64,000 nt of DNA from Chiloscyllium plagiosum (GCF_004010195.1 NC_057728.1:49733476-49797475), one strand, 5' to 3'; counted from the first letter of the stretch, positions 49,525 through 62,806 are shown. The notes: a model not told the origin generated them from the letters alone. Numbers and translations are program-made.

Positions 49525-49732
49525 GAAACAAAATCAGAAACTCCTGATGAAGCTCAGCAGGTTTGGCAGCATCTGTGGAGAGAAATCAGAGTTAACATTT
49601 TGGGTTGAGTGACCCTTCCTCAATTCTGCCAGACCTGCTGAGGAAAGGTCACTCGACACAAAACGTTAACTCTGATTTCTCTCCACAGATGCTGCCAAGC
49701 CTGCTGAGCTTTTCCAGCAACTTCTGTCTTTG
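49525..49732. mobile_element. Palindromic Penelope-derived element (family D)
   Basis: CTCAGCAGG...GCAGCATCTGTGGAGAGAAATCAGAGTTAAC arm and its reverse complement around CTGAGGA-AAGGTC...AAAACGTT. Confidence 0.75.
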
Positions 49733-49881
49733 TAAGCATTTTGAGCTTGAAGCTCGCGTTTGGATCTTGAACCCACAATGTTGAGATTTACGGGCATAAA
49801 TGCTCATCTGTGAACCACGCTGGACACTGGTCATGCTTTCTGAGACCACGTGCATCCACCTGGGACCCTGTGGGAGCTCAC

Positions 49882-50053
49882 CTCAAACATCCGGTGGTGT
49901 TGTAGAAGATGTCAGGGTCTATGTCAAAATTCTTCACATCTCCGTCTGGCCAGCCCGAGAATGGAATGATAATTGATGTTGTCAATGGTTTTAAAGTTCT
50001 CTTGATGAGGTCAGCCTTTAGATGTTCATTGGAAGACAAGTTCCAGAGTAAAC
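49882..50053 (-). CDS. PKP2: Plakophilin-2 ARM exon (human exon 7 equivalent)
   Basis: 172 nt; [13 protein letters not shown]...[11 protein letters not shown]...[14 protein letters not shown]| acceptor, AG|GTGAGC donor. Confidence 0.95.
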
Positions 50054-50289
50054 CTGGCATTTGGGGAAAACAAGGAGAAAAGCATGAGTCAGATGATGAA
50101 AGCCTGGCAATCTGGGGAGGGCAGAGGTGGGGGGGGGGGATCTGGTTTGTTCCTTAAAGTGAGACAAAATTCTTAGCAGACTAGCCCAGCTTCCCAAAAC
50201 TGATTAAAGTCTCCACGGGAAAAAGCATTCCTATTTTTGATTATGCAACTAGACCATTCCAGTGCAGTTATCGTTGGTCTCCCACATCT

Positions 50290-50612
50290 AATTAGATTAG
50301 ATTAGATTACTTACAGTGTGGAAACAGGCCCTTCGGCCCAACAAGTCCACACCGACCCTCCAAACAGCAACTCATCCAGACCCATTCCCCTACATTTACC
50401 CCTTCACCTAACACTACGGACAATTTACAATGACCAATTCACTTAACCTGCACATCTTTGGACTGTGGGAGGAAACCGGAGCACCCGGAGGAAACCCATG
50501 CAGACACGGAGAGAATGTGCAAACTCCACACAGACAGCTGCCCGAGGCAGGAATTGAATCCGGGCCTCTGGCGCTGTGAAGCAGCAGTGCTAACCACTGT
50601 GCCACCTTGCTG
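50290..50612 (-). mobile_element. Full-length HE1-like V-SINE with (TTAGA)n tail
   Basis: ATTAGATTAGATTAGATTAC tail, V-domain and tRNA-like head. Confidence 0.88.
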
Positions 50613-50939
50613 CCCTATGAGCTCCTCCTCATGAGGTCATCCAAACGTTTATTGTTCATTCCCTGACCCACATCAAATTCCATTCAGGTGTCACCCTTTG
50701 TGCTCACTGACCTATATTGGCTCTCAGTCGAGCAACACTTTGATCTTAAAATTCCCAACCATGTTTTCGAATCCCTCAATGGCCTCATCTTCCCTGTTAG
50801 TGTGACCACTTCCAGCCCTACACTTCTCCAAGATATCTGTGTTCCTCCAATTCCGGCCTCCAGCACATTGTTAGCACATCGTTGCTGTACCTTCAAGTGC
50901 CCAAACCTAAACTCTCGGACTCCCTTCCAAGATTCTAAC

Positions 50940-51165
50940 CTCAAGTCACTCTCTATGTGGAGTTTGCACATTCTCCCCGTGTCTGCGTGGGTTTCCTCCG
51001 AGTGCTCCGGTTTCCTCCCACAATCCAAAGATGTACAGGTCAGGTGGATGGGCCATGGTTAATGCAGGGTCACTGGGATAGGGTGGGGGTCCTGGGTCTG
51101 GGTGGGATGCTCTTCAGAGGTCTTGATGGGCCAAATAGCCTCTATCTGGACTGTAGGGATTCTAG
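50940..51165 (+). mobile_element. HE1-like SINE, 5'-truncated
   Basis: GTGGAGTTTGCACATTCTCCCCGTGTCTGCGTGGGTTTCCTCCG plus tail. Confidence 0.8.
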
Positions 51166-51419
51166 ATTTCTCCAGCACTATCTCCTTACAGAAGATGCTC
51201 CTTACAGTCCTTATGTCCAATTTTGTTTGATAATAAAATCAGCGATACTGCTTTTTCTGGGGAGGCTGTATTTGCACATATCCTGCAAATGACAGCCTAT
51301 GTTTGGTGATGCTGATAGCCATGTAGATACAGCCTATGTTATCCATTTTCCCTTTGAGAAGTAACCATCATTGACCAAGACATCTTTCCCCTAAAGTCAG
51401 TCTCTGCAAAGAGCGATAT

Positions 51420-51695
51420 GTGTCTGTGTGTCAGTGTATGATTGTGTGCGTTTGCACATGCACATGTCTGCATCTGTGCTTAAAGGTATTTGTGTGTCTG
51501 AATGTGTGTTTGTGTGTAGAAATGCATACATGTGTGTTTGTGTGTTTCTGTATTCTTGAATGTATGTGTGTGTATGTGTAAATAAATTTTTGTTTGGGTG
51601 TATACGTGTGTGTTTGTGTTTATTTGTGTGCATGTTGTCTGTGTGTTTAAATTGTGTTTGGGTGTGTTTATATACACTTGTGTGTCTGTGTATGC
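51420..51695. repeat. Degenerate (TG)n microsatellite
   Basis: TG/TGTT-rich low-complexity tract. Confidence 0.85.
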
Positions 51696-51975
51696 TTGGT
51701 TATTAGAAGGGTAAGCATCCATGTTTTCATATCACAAGTTGTGTGTTAATCAGTTTTACACCTTAATTGAGTAATTCTGTTTTTTTTAATAAATCAATAA
51801 TTTTGTCTCAATTAGAAAAAAACTATTTCAAGTCTAATGTTGAGAAAATAAGATTGGTCATATTGGGACCTGAGTAAATCATTAACTGATATTGTGTCTG
51901 TGAAGTGTGGAACTGGAGAGAGACAGTGCACTCTTTGAGCTGTGGTCACTTAAATCGAATGTCAGATGGACTCAC

Positions 51976-52183
51976 CAGTGACTTGCTTCTTTGTCTCAAT
52001 GTCCTTGGTTTGTTCCAGTAGCCACACCAGCTCCTGGACTCCGTTATGTTTCTGTACTTCTAGCTTGCTGTCATTCTCCTCAAATACCGCATTGCGGATT
52101 GCCCCGCAGGCTGCAGACTGAACCTCCACATTCTCATTGCTGAGCAACGCAATCAGTTTCCCAATCCCGTCCAAAGCGTAAAG
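51976..52183 (-). CDS. PKP2: Plakophilin-2 ARM exon (human exon 5 equivalent)
   Basis: 208 nt; LYALDGIGKLIALLSNENVEVQSAACGAIRNAVFEENDSKLEV...TKDIETKKQVT; GTGCAG| acceptor, G|GTGAGT donor. Confidence 0.95.
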
Positions 52184-52879
52184 CTGCACAAAATTTGCAT
52201 TTTTATTTTGAAACACTCAGCAGCACGAACAGTGGTAGACATCTTGTTAGTCAAGAATGTTCATACTGCACGTGATTCATATTATACGACATTACAAGGC
52301 ATAATAGCTTGCACTAATGTAGCACCTTTATGATAGAGAAACATTCTAAGATGCTCCACAGTTGCCTGATTGGATGAAAAAAATTGACACTGAGCTATGT
52401 AATGAGATACTAGAGCATGTGACCAATCACTGGGTCAGAGAGGTAGTTTTTACAGAGGGTCTGAAATAAGGAGAGAGAGAGAGAGAGGACTGGGAGGGAA
52501 TTCTGGCACTCAGGACCCAGGTAGTTGCAGCACATTCGCAGACATCACTCTGCCTCTTTCTTTAAGATCTTCCTAAAAATGTCTACCTGCAGCTATCTCT
52601 TCAGCTGTGGTTCTGCGTCAGATTTTGTAGGATTGTACTCCTTAAAAGCTCCTTGGAAACTTTTACTCGGTTAAAAGTTCTATGTAAATGCAGGTTGTTG
52701 CTGGCATGCTGTCCCCATATTTAAAAAAGTCCCAAATGCAATGAAAAAAATCATCACTGCAGTGAGTAATTTCAGTCTTTGGAGATATGCAGCCAGGGTT
52801 TCTGATCACCTCTCTGCTTTCCAAGAGACAACTGAGACTTCCAACTGCAGTCTCAAAACAAAATGAATAGGTAAAGAAT

Positions 52880-53905
52880 TTCAACGGATTGCAGGACAGT
52901 TTCTGTGAGGTGGTATAGTGGATAGTGAAGAAGGTTACCTCAGAGTACATTGGGATCTTGATCAGATTAAAGTGAGGTATTGCATTTTGGAAAGGCAAAG
53001 CAAGGCAAGACTTACACACTTAATGGTAAGGTCCTGGGGAGTGTTGCCAGACAAATGGACCTTGAGGTGCAGGTTGATAGTTCCTTGAAAGTGGAGTCGC
53101 AAGCAGATAGGATAGTGAAGAAGGCGTTTGGTATGCTTGCCTTTATTGGTCAGAGCACTGAATATTGAAGGTGGGAGGTCAGGTTGCGGCTGTACAGGAC
53201 ATTGGTTAGACCATTTTTGGAGTATTGCGTGCACTTCTGCTCTTCCTGTTATAGGAAAGATGTTGTGAAACTTGGAAGGGTTCATAAAAGATTTACAAGA
53301 ATGTTGCCAGGATTGGAGCTAAAGGGAGAGGCTGAATAGGCTGGGGCTGTTTTCCCTGGAGCGTCGGATGTTGAGGGGGGCACATTATGAAGTTTTGTAA
53401 AATCTTGAGGGGCATGGATAGGATAAATAGACAAGGTCTTTTCCCTGCAGTGGGGGAGTCAAAACCTAGAGACCATAAGTTTAAAGTGAGAAAGGAAAGA
53501 TTTAAAAGGGACCTAAGGGACAACTTTTTCACACAGAAGGTGTGCGTATATGGAATGAGCTGCCAGAGGAAGTGGTGGAGGCTGGTACAATTACAACATT
53601 TACAAGTCCAACAGGTTTATTTGGAAATACTAGCTTTTGAAGCACTGCTCCTTCAGGTAGCTGATAAAGGAACAGCGCTCCAAAAGCTATTGCTTCCAAA
53701 TAAACCTGTTGGACTATAACCTGGTGTTGTATGATTTTTAACTTTGTCCACCCCAGTCCAACACCGGCATCTCCACAACATTTCAAAGGCATCTGGACGG
53801 GTATATGAAAAAAAAGGGTTCACTGGGATGTGGGTCAAATGCTGGCAAATGGGATTAAATCAATTTAGGATACCTGGTCAGCATGGACAAGTTGGACCAA
53901 AGGGT
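52880..53905 (+). mobile_element. CR1 fragment with a nested family C hammerhead element (53602-53774)
   Basis: HFGKAK...IVKKAFGMLAFI; nested palindrome with TSD ACAACATTT (53593-53601 and 53775-53783). Confidence 0.85.
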
Positions 53906-54774
53906 CTGCACACTAAAATTTCAAGAGGTGTGTTCGTGCCACATCCAAACAGATCGGTGATCAGTTTTCTCCTGAGATGTGGCCTTTACTGGCATTGTCA
54001 GCCATTGCTCCCCATCCCGAAATGCCCTTGAACTGAGTGACATGCCAAACCATTTTACAGGGTAGTTAAGAGTCAACCACATTGCTGTGAGTCTGAAGCC
54101 ATATGTCGGCCAGACCAGGTAAGGATGGCAGATTTAATCTGAAACGGTTATTAATTGTTCTCTCATGCCCATAGCAGGAGCTGAGAGTGGGAGAGTCTTC
54201 TGATCAGCTATGTTTGATACAGAATGGTACCACTCAAGCCACAAGAGCTCATTTCTCTCTAAAGGCAGTGGTTCCTCCAGTCTCTTATGAACTATGACTT
54301 CTCAGATCTTTGTGTGTTAAACTCGGCCTTATGCCTGATTGTAATCTCAAGGTGAAAGCAAACACGACATGGTGGTAGTGTCAGGATGTGAACCCATGCC
54401 TCCTCAGAAATAAAGGGACAACTGCAGGATGTCGGTGTAGAGTCACCTGGCCATCAGACTGGCTAAGAACATGAGTCACATGAGCTAGAGAAGAACATTC
54501 GGCCCTTCAAGATTCTTCTGCCATTCAACAAGATCATTGTCCTGAAGTCCACCTTCCCACACTATCTCCATCTCCATCACTGCCCCAAGGGTCTAATGAT
54601 ACCTCAAAGGGTAAATAACAAAAATAATCTTTTGGAAAGCATGCATTTTAAAAGCAAGTCGATAGTTTAGACAAAAATTGTTTGTAGAAACAGGACTACT
54701 TTTACTTAGTTCAGTCCTTTTGAACCCCATCAAACTTGCACCTTTACTTTAGAAAAGGGTGAGATCTGAGTTAC

Positions 54775-54916
54775 CTCTTTCTTTGCATCAGGTCTTTGAT
54801 AACACTCGTGTTGGATGAAATTAGCCCCATACAGTATGTAATCCGTGTTATCATGTGTCAGGGCAGAGACTGCAGTTTCAATTGTCCAGTCACCATCATC
54901 ATCTCCACTTGCACTG
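54775..54916 (-). CDS. PKP2: Plakophilin-2 exon (human exon 4 equivalent)
   Basis: 142 nt; ...DWTIETAVSAL...ANFIQHECYQRPDAKKE; TTTTAG|C acceptor, GAG|GTAACT donor. Confidence 0.9.
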
Positions 54917-56284
54917 CTAAAAGGAAAGACATTGATTCGAGACTGGGGTAACATTATCCAATCATGGTGAAATTTCAGACCATCTTGTTCTGTTGCAGTA
55001 ATATCTTTCCAAGGTAAGGAGATAAAGTAATCCAGCTGCAGAGTAACTAAGTTCTTACACAACTGAAGCAAGACCTCAGTACTCCTGTACTTGAATAAAG
55101 ACGAACAGTCCATTAAGCTTACTAACAACTTTCTGCATATGCATTTCAGTCTGGAGTAATCTATCATCAGGAACATCTAGGTCCCATTGTACATCTACAC
55201 TATTCACTTCTCACCATTTGAGAAATACTCTACATCTCTGTTCTTCCTACCGAAGTGGATAGCCTCCCTTTTTTTCGATATTATATTCCATCTGTTATGC
55301 TTGTCCAAATCCTCCTGAAAATCTTCCTAACGACACACAGTCCTGCTGAGCTTTGTATCACCTTGAAGACTGAAATGCTAGTCAAGGTAAACGTGCCATA
55401 GCCCCACCATAGCACAAGAATTCTCTGTTATTAAACAGAGACCACTGGTGGTGGGGTTAAACCTGAGGGCCACCAAGCCTCAGGCAAGGGAAGAGGTTGC
55501 TTCATAGTGCAAGAATTGAACCTACACTGTTGACATCACTCTGCATCGTAAACTATGCAATCAGCCATATATTGAGAAATACTGTGGCCTAAATACAGAG
55601 CCTTGAGATAGTCCACTTGTCAGTCTGCCAACACAAGAATATAGGATATGGCCCTCATCATACCTTCTGGTCACTCTCTGAACTGTAATTAGACAAACTA
55701 AACAAATTCACATCTCAAATTGGAATCCTTGGCATGAAGTCCCAGGTAAACTATTTTGCCAGGTTTACATTCATTATCATGGGCGCACCAAGTGTACACA
55801 TGTCTGTGACTGAATGGGTAAACACTGCTGCCTGAAGTCAGAAAGATCGAGTTTCATTTTGGAGATTTGAACTGGAGATTATGGATTTAAGTCTTAATTA
55901 CCTTAATGTTCCTGGAGTTAAATTAGCTTTGATTAGAGTATGTGCAGCAATAGTGTCCCTTCCTCTAAGCCAGGAGGCCCACATTCAAGGCCCACCTGCT
56001 CAGACATGTGTCTAAACATCTCCGAACAGATTGTTTAGAAAATATCTAAGATAGCATTGATTAAAGATCAGGTTGGAGATTCTCCAGGAAACATTCATCA
56101 TGCTAATACTGCAAAGGGAGAAAGTTGATTTGAACAGGAATTAGAATTTCTTCCTCAAAGACAGTGCAGAGTCATTGTTTCAGTTGTTTCGAATTTGTTG
56201 TCCCTGACACTTCACTTTGCTGAGAAGAAATAACACAACCTGCAATTATTTGCTGCATTTACAAGCATTCATATTGTAACGGAC

Positions 56285-56830
56285 AAAGTGAGGACTGCAG
56301 ATGCTGGACATCAGAGTCGAGTGTGTGTTGCTGGAAAAGCACAGCAGGTCAGGCAGCATCTGAGGAGCAGGAGAATCGACATTTCAGGCATAAGCCCTTC
56401 ACCAGGAATGAGGCTTGTGGGTCAGAGCTGAGAGATAAATGGTACGGGGTGGGGTTGGGGGAAGGTAGCTGGGAAAACGATGAAAGTGAGAGAGATCAGA
56501 GGGGGCAGTGATGGATGGGTCTGGAGAGAGTGCCGATTTGGAAGCTTGGGACTGGGATAATGTGGGGTGAGGGGAAATGAGGAAGCTGTTGAAATCCACA
56601 TTAATTCCATGTGGTTGCAGAGTCCCAAGGCGGAATATGAGGCGTTCCTTCTCCAGGCGTCGAGTGATAACGGTTTGGCAGTGGAGGCGGCTCAGGATTT
56701 GCATGTCCTTGATGGAGTGGGAGGGGATTTGATGTGTTCAGCCACTGGGCGGTGGGGTTGGTGGGTGCGGGTATCCCAGAGATGTTCTCTGAAACGATCC
56801 GCAAGAAGGCGTCCTGTCTCCCCGATGTAG
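56285..56830 (-). mobile_element. Truncated Penelope (family A parent type) with GIY-YIG C-terminal half and pLTR
   Basis: YIGETGRLLADRFREHL...RPVAEH and, after a frameshift, RRLEKERLIFRLGTLQPHGINVDF, followed by the family A hammerhead tail. Confidence 0.85.
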
Positions 56831-57189
56831 AGGATGTTGTAACAGGGACCCAATTTCCCTACATTTGCAAGGCAAAATAGTTCATTCACTGGAAAGCACT
56901 GGCATTTTCAACGTGCTTTCCATAAGATCAGGATTTACCCAAGTGCTTCTGACGGGTTGCAGGAAATGGAGGTGCTGATCTATTCAGCACAGCAAGCTCC
57001 CATGAACAGCAGTGAGATATTAATCAGATTTTAGTGAAGTTGGTTGAAGGATTAATATTTGGACATGTCTCAGAGCAGAGCTTCAAATAGTGATGGTGGC
57101 TCCTGCATATCAAACTGAGAAAACAAATAGAACTTCAGTGTAATGATTCAACTGAAATACTGTATCTCTAATACGTGCAGCATTAACAT

Positions 57190-57475
57190 GGAATCTCTAC
57201 AGCATGGGAGCAGGCCATTTAGCCCATCCATTCCATACTGACTCTCTGAGAAGCATCCTTCCCAGACCTATGCTAACTCGGTATTTTCCATGGCTAATCC
57301 ACCTAACCTGCACATCTTTGTGATTGTGGGAGGAAACCGGAGCACCTGGAGTAAACCCATGCAGACACGGGGAGAATGTGGAAATTCCACACGGACAGTT
57401 GCCCGAGACTGGAATTGAACCCAGGTTCCTGGTACTGTGAGGCAATAGTGCTGACCACTGAGCCACCATGTCACC
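57190..57475 (-). mobile_element. HE1-like V-SINE
   Basis: Head, V-domain and tail as in the other copies. Confidence 0.8.
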
Positions 57476-57747
57476 CTAAACATCTGGAACCATAAGTCAA
57501 TGCTGTGTTCAAGGGAATTCCCTCATCCTTAATGTTGTTCCAGTACAGTACCTCTTGCTTAGACTTTGAAGTACTGGTTACATTATTCAGAAACAGGAGA
57601 TAACAGTCAAGACCTTCCCTCCAAAACAAGTGCACTAAATAGCTGAGGTGACATCAAATTTAAACAGGAACGATTATGGGGCATCAAGTCCAGTGATTAA
57701 ACTGGTCTTCCTCATCAGCTTACTGCCTCACCACTGATATTGCTTAC

Positions 57748-58601
57748 CTTTCGGTCAGGTTTGCACGTTCTCCTTGCATTTCATAGTTTCCTTCGTAGCT
57801 TGATGCCTGGTAACTGGTTTGGGCTTGAGGTTGAGCTTGAGACTGAGGCTGGGCTTGGGCCTCAGCCTGGATCTGGGCTTCATCCTGGGCTTCCATTATC
57901 AGACTTTCCGCTGGCATTAACCCTTGAGTAACCATGGGTTTGCTGGTTATAAAACTGTTACTCTGGTGAGATGTTTGGGTCCAGTTGTATCTGTCTCCTA
58001 CCTGGGCCTGCCTCTTGCATGATTCGCCGTGGTAACTGAAAGCAATTCCCTCTGCGTGCTGATCCAGGGCCCTGGTTTGGTTCCTGTCATAAATCCTCGA
58101 CATGCTTTGACTGAGGCCGGGGCGAAAGTTTACAACAGGGCTGACGGGAAAACTCTCGTCGTGAACGCTTCCATAAGTTTGGGACTCTCTGCTGACGGTG
58201 ACCACGTGCTTCTGGGAACTTTGAGAAGGAACCCTGCTGACAGGAAGTGGCCTGGAGGTGGGCAAAGCAACTTCCGTCTGGGTGTACCTCGTGTTGCTAT
58301 GCAAAATGGACCTCATGGCGTTCAGCCGACTGCCCAAGTTCCTCTCAACATGGATGACACGCCGACTGGAGGACAAGGTGGGCTCTCTTCCGACTATCCC
58401 CTTTCTCAAAAATCTCAATTCCATCCTTGGGGGATTGCGGGACAAAACCGGGCTATTGTCAGGTGAGACCTCTATCCGGCGAGTCGGTTTAATGGTCTGG
58501 CTCTGCTGGCCTTGGGACAAGAATTGGCCAGTCCCTGAGGAAAACTGGGCAGCTCCATTCACCATTCTTTGATTAATTCTGTAACCCACTGGTTTCAGGG
58601 T
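57748..58601 (-). CDS. PKP2: Plakophilin-2 large head-domain exon (human exon 3 equivalent)
   Basis: 854 nt; TTCTGGCAG|ACC acceptor, AG|GTAAGC donor (phase 0 to 2). RRIEVSPDNSP, RYTQTEV, GSVHD, RPGLSQSM and NLTER resemble the PKP2 head motifs RRLEISPDSSP, RYARSEI, GSVSD, RPGTSRSM and LLTER. Confidence 0.88.
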
Positions 58602-58679
58602 CTGCCAGAAAGAAAAAGAAAGACACTTTACCAACATACAACAACAGGTGGGTTGAAACTGTACAGGTTATACCAACAA

Positions 58680-60400
58680 CAGAGGGATGGGAACAGGAGT
58701 AAGCCATTCAGCCCTTCGAGCCTTTTAATGAGATCCTGGCTGATTTGTGGCCTATCTCCTAGCTTTGACCCATATTTCTTAAGCTCTTTAGAACACAGAA
58801 CAGTACAGGCCCTTTGGCTCTTGATGTTGTACCGACCTTTTATCCTATTCTAAGATCAAACTAACCTACACACCTTTCATTTACTATCATCCATGTGCCT
58901 ATCCACTCTCTTCCTCCAATCACCTTAAAATTATGTCCCCTCGTGACAGCCATTTCTGCCCTGGGGGAAAAGTATCTGACTATTCACTCTATCTATGCCT
59001 CTCATCACCTTGTACACCACTATCAAGTCACCTCTCATCCTTCATCACTCCAATGAGAAAAGCATTAGCTCCCTCAACCTTTTTTCATAAGCTTTGCTTA
59101 ACAAAAACAAAATCTATCTCAGATTTTTATTAAAAAAACAGATCTAGCATCCACTCCCATTTGTGGAAGAGGGTTCCAAACATCTATCACCCTTTGTGTG
59201 TATAAGTGCTTCCTAACATCTCTCCTGAATGGTCTGGACCTAATTTTTAGACAAGCCATCTAGTTCTCGAATCTCTACACAGTGGAAATAGCTTGTCGTT
59301 ATCTACTCAGTCCTTTCCTGTTAATATCTTGAAGGCAGTCCAGAGAAGGTACACTATGATGAGACTGGGTATGGAGGGAATGCCTTAAGAGGAGAGAGAT
59401 TGAGTATGTTAGATCTATATTTATTGGAATATAGAATAATGGCATTTGACCTCACTGAAACATCCAAGAATCTTAGGGAATACTTGACAGAGTGGATAGG
59501 GAAAGGTTGTTTCCCCTTGGGGACAGTCTAGGACCAGAGGGCAGAATCTTAGAATAAGGAGAAGCCTATTGAAGGCAGATAAGAGGAGGAATTTCTAAGG
59601 GAATGGAAGTTGTTGAGGTTGGGTTGTTAAGTGTATTCAAGGCTGAGATAGAGAGATTTTTAATCATTAAGGGAACCAAGGGTCATCGGGAAAAGGCAAG
59701 AAAATAGAGTTGAGGATTATCAGATCAGCCATCATCTCATTGAATAGTGGAGCAGACTCGATGGGCTGAATGGTCTACTTCTGCTCCAATGTCAAATGGT
59801 TTTATAGTCAGTGCAGTTAAAGGAAGACCTTCCCAAAGGCAATTAGGGATGGACAATAAATGGCAGCCTCTCAAAGCTAATTTCCCAAGAATGATTAAAA
59901 TAAAACCTCCAGAGAGTCGTAGAATCACATAGCATGGAAACAAACCATTCTTGCCTTCATAATCCCAAACTAAACTGGTCCCACTGACTGTGCTTGACCC
60001 TTATCCCTCCAAACATTTCATATTCATGTACTTACCTAAATGTCTGTCCAGCATTGTAACAGTACCAGGTCCACCTCTTTCTCTGCAAATTCATTCCACA
60101 TGCGAACCACTCTCTAAAAAAGTTGCCCGTCATGTATTTTTTAAAATCTTTTTCCTCTCACATTAAAAATATGCCCCCTCAACTTGAAATCCCCACCCTA
60201 GGAAAAAAGATGCCTGCCATTCACCTTATCTATACCCCTCGTGGTTTTATAAACCTCTCTAAGTTCACTCTTCAATCTCCTAAGCTCCAGTGAATAAAAG
60301 TCCCAGCCTATCCAGCCTCTCCTTACAACTTTCCTTCCTGGCAACATTCTGATAAATCTTTTCTGAACCCTCTCCAGCTTGATAAGTCCTTCCTATGAGA
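58680..60400. mobile_element. Cluster of nested CR1 3' fragments in both orientations
   Basis: Minus-strand tails at about 58680-59330 (nested copy about 58790-59090) and 59920-60400; plus-strand fragment about 59330-59790. Confidence 0.65.
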
Positions 60401-60868
60401 CGGTGTCTCGACACTATGCCTCCCATTTTGAGGTGAACTCTATTCTCTTGTTACTGAAAAACTTTTGAAGTACCATCCTTTATCATTCTGATATTCAAAG
60501 CATTGCCTGGTTTCATAGCACTTCAATCTTACTAAAATAAGAGGCATGCCATTGAGGTTTTTTGATTCACACTCATCAAGGCAATTGCAAGAATGCCTAA
60601 TTTCACCACTCTTTATACTACAGCAGAAAAGAGGTGATGATTGCCTCAGAAGTCTATGTTCATTGGCAGAGGTATTGCTATGAGGGAACCATAGGTTCCT
60701 GAAGCTCCTCTCCTGAATATTCAAAAGAGCAAATGGCTGGATCACATCCCTTTTGTTTGCAGAGTACAGTTCTTTGTTAATGAATGGATGTCACTTCTAG
60801 TATGGGTAAATTAACCACGTATCAGCATGACTGATCATATTAAATTTAATGTTAGGGTATTTGTTAGC

Positions 60869-61081
60869 ACAGGAGAATGTGAGGACTGCAGATGCTGGAG
60901 ATTAGAGTCGAGAGTGTGGTGCTGGAAAAGCACAGCAGGTCAAGCAGCATCCGAGGAGCAGGAGAATCAACGTTTCGAGTATAAGCCTTTCCTGATGAAG
61001 GGTTTATACTCGAAATGTCAATTCTCCTGCTCCTTGGATGCTGCTTGACCTGCTGTGCTTTTCCAGCACCTCACTCTTGTT
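60869..61081. mobile_element. Palindromic family A element with near-intact hammerhead core
   Basis: CTGATGA-A-GGGT-TTAT-ACTC-GAAA-TGTC at about 60992-61019; TSD TTTGTTAGC (60860-60868 and 61082-61090). Confidence 0.8.
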
Positions 61082-62477
61082 TTTGTTAGCGTACTCAGGG
61101 TGGTTCAGCGAGTGTGGACCAACTGCGTACTCACAACTAATAACAGACATTTTCTTTTGATTTCTTTATACCAGTTATCCTCCGTGACAATTCTTATGAT
61201 CCAATTACTAGGAGAGTTTTAACTCCCTGATGTGCTGTGGAAAGGGACCATTTGAAATTCCACATGGCTAACTTCTTTCATTCTCACACTGGCACAGCTC
61301 ACTAAAATTTTCAAAACACAGGAGCTGTCACCTCTGATTAGTACAGGCTGGGAGCCAAAGCAAACTTCTATAAGAGACATGCATGTCCTGAAGGGGGTTG
61401 TCTATTAGAAAATCTTGTGGCAATCGTAGATATCCATTTGATTGATAGCAATTAACTTTGGTTCATATGAAACTGCCCACAGGGTAAGTACAATGTTAAA
61501 ACAAGTTAATTCAGATACAGAAACTTTGCACCATGCTTTGGTTTGAACAGTCCGTTGTCAGAACATGAAGCTATTTCTGATATTAGATTACAATCTCCGT
61601 GAGCTCTTCCACCCAGTAAAAAGCAGGACTCAGTAAATGACACCAAACACTTACAAAAGGCCCAGTTTACTGAGTCGACACCCACAGGGCAAATTAGTGC
61701 AAATATAGAGCACACAGTAAAAATCACATAACCGAGATAATCTGTGTGTCACTGACAGCTGAATCACAATGCTGTCTCATTTAAAAATGTTTGCTGAGCT
61801 AGCAAGCATGTTACAGCATCATCACAGACCATTCGGCCATCTGATTCACAGTATTGTTGGTACTCCAAATGAACCGCCTTCTACCTCTCTTTTGTCTCCC
61901 CTTATCAGCCTACCCTTCTATTCCTTTCTTTCCTGTGTATACTGAGCTACCCCCATAAACACATTCTTGCTGCTTGCCTTAACCCGCTCTCTGCAGCCAC
62001 AAAAATCCAATTCTAATGAATTTCTGGGGAATAATCCTGTTGGATTATGCGTACTAACGGCCAACTCAGTTCTAGACCCTCCTGCAACAGAATCACCTTC
62101 TCTGCTGTATACCTTAATTGCATAGTTTTAAAAGATCTCTATGAGGTTGCCCTTGAGCCCTCCCTTTGTCAAAAGGAACAGGCCCAGCCTATTCAATACT
62201 ACTTAATGGGTAGTGTCACATCAGGCAATAGTTCTAAAAGTGTTATTGTTCGAACTGAGCTCTGCTAAGTCGAACATTATTACACAGCCTTTGGGCGGAG
62301 AATCTGGCATATGTGTCTAACTCATCCCTTCTCTAAGATTTTACACAGCCTGCATAGGGTTACTGAGATGTGATACCTTCAGCATTGCAGTGATAAGACA
62401 GTTCACCAAATTTTATTGAAGCCTTATTGTCATGGACTCATCAGAATAATTTGCAAGAATACCAATTTAAAGGGAAG

Positions 62478-62745
62478 CCAGTGGCTTAGTGGTTAGCACT
62501 GATACCTCACAGCACCAGGGACCTGGGTTTGATTCCAACCTCGGGTGACTGTCTGCGTAGAGTTTGCAAGTTCTCCCTGTGTCCACGTGGGTTTTCTTCA
62601 GTTTTCCCCCGCAATCCAATGATGTGCAGGTTAGGTGGATTGATCATGGGAAATGAGGGATAGGGAGTTGATGTGGGCGGGATGTGTTTTGGAGGGTCGG
62701 TGTGGATGGGCAGAGTAGCCTACTTCCACACTGCGCGGATTCTAA
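62478..62745 (+). mobile_element. HE1-like V-SINE
   Basis: GTGGCTTAGTGGTTAGCACTG...GGGTTTGATTCC head, V-domain and tail. Confidence 0.8.
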
Positions 62746-62806
62746 ACTTGATGAGACAACGTGGAAAATGCACCAGTTAATGCTGATTGACACAATGCCA
62801 GACTCT

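Noticed and set aside
48731..49531. Long ORFs (190-250 aa) and a CRISPR-like periodic array
   Set aside because: Units are head-to-tail 33-mers without unique spacers; the ORFs are a by-product of unit length divisible by 3; eukaryotic context.
23570..58601. Assignment as PKP1 or PKP3
   Set aside because: Head motifs, ARM sequence, exon sizes (208, 118, 154, 190, 88) and the C-terminus fit PKP2 as I recall it.
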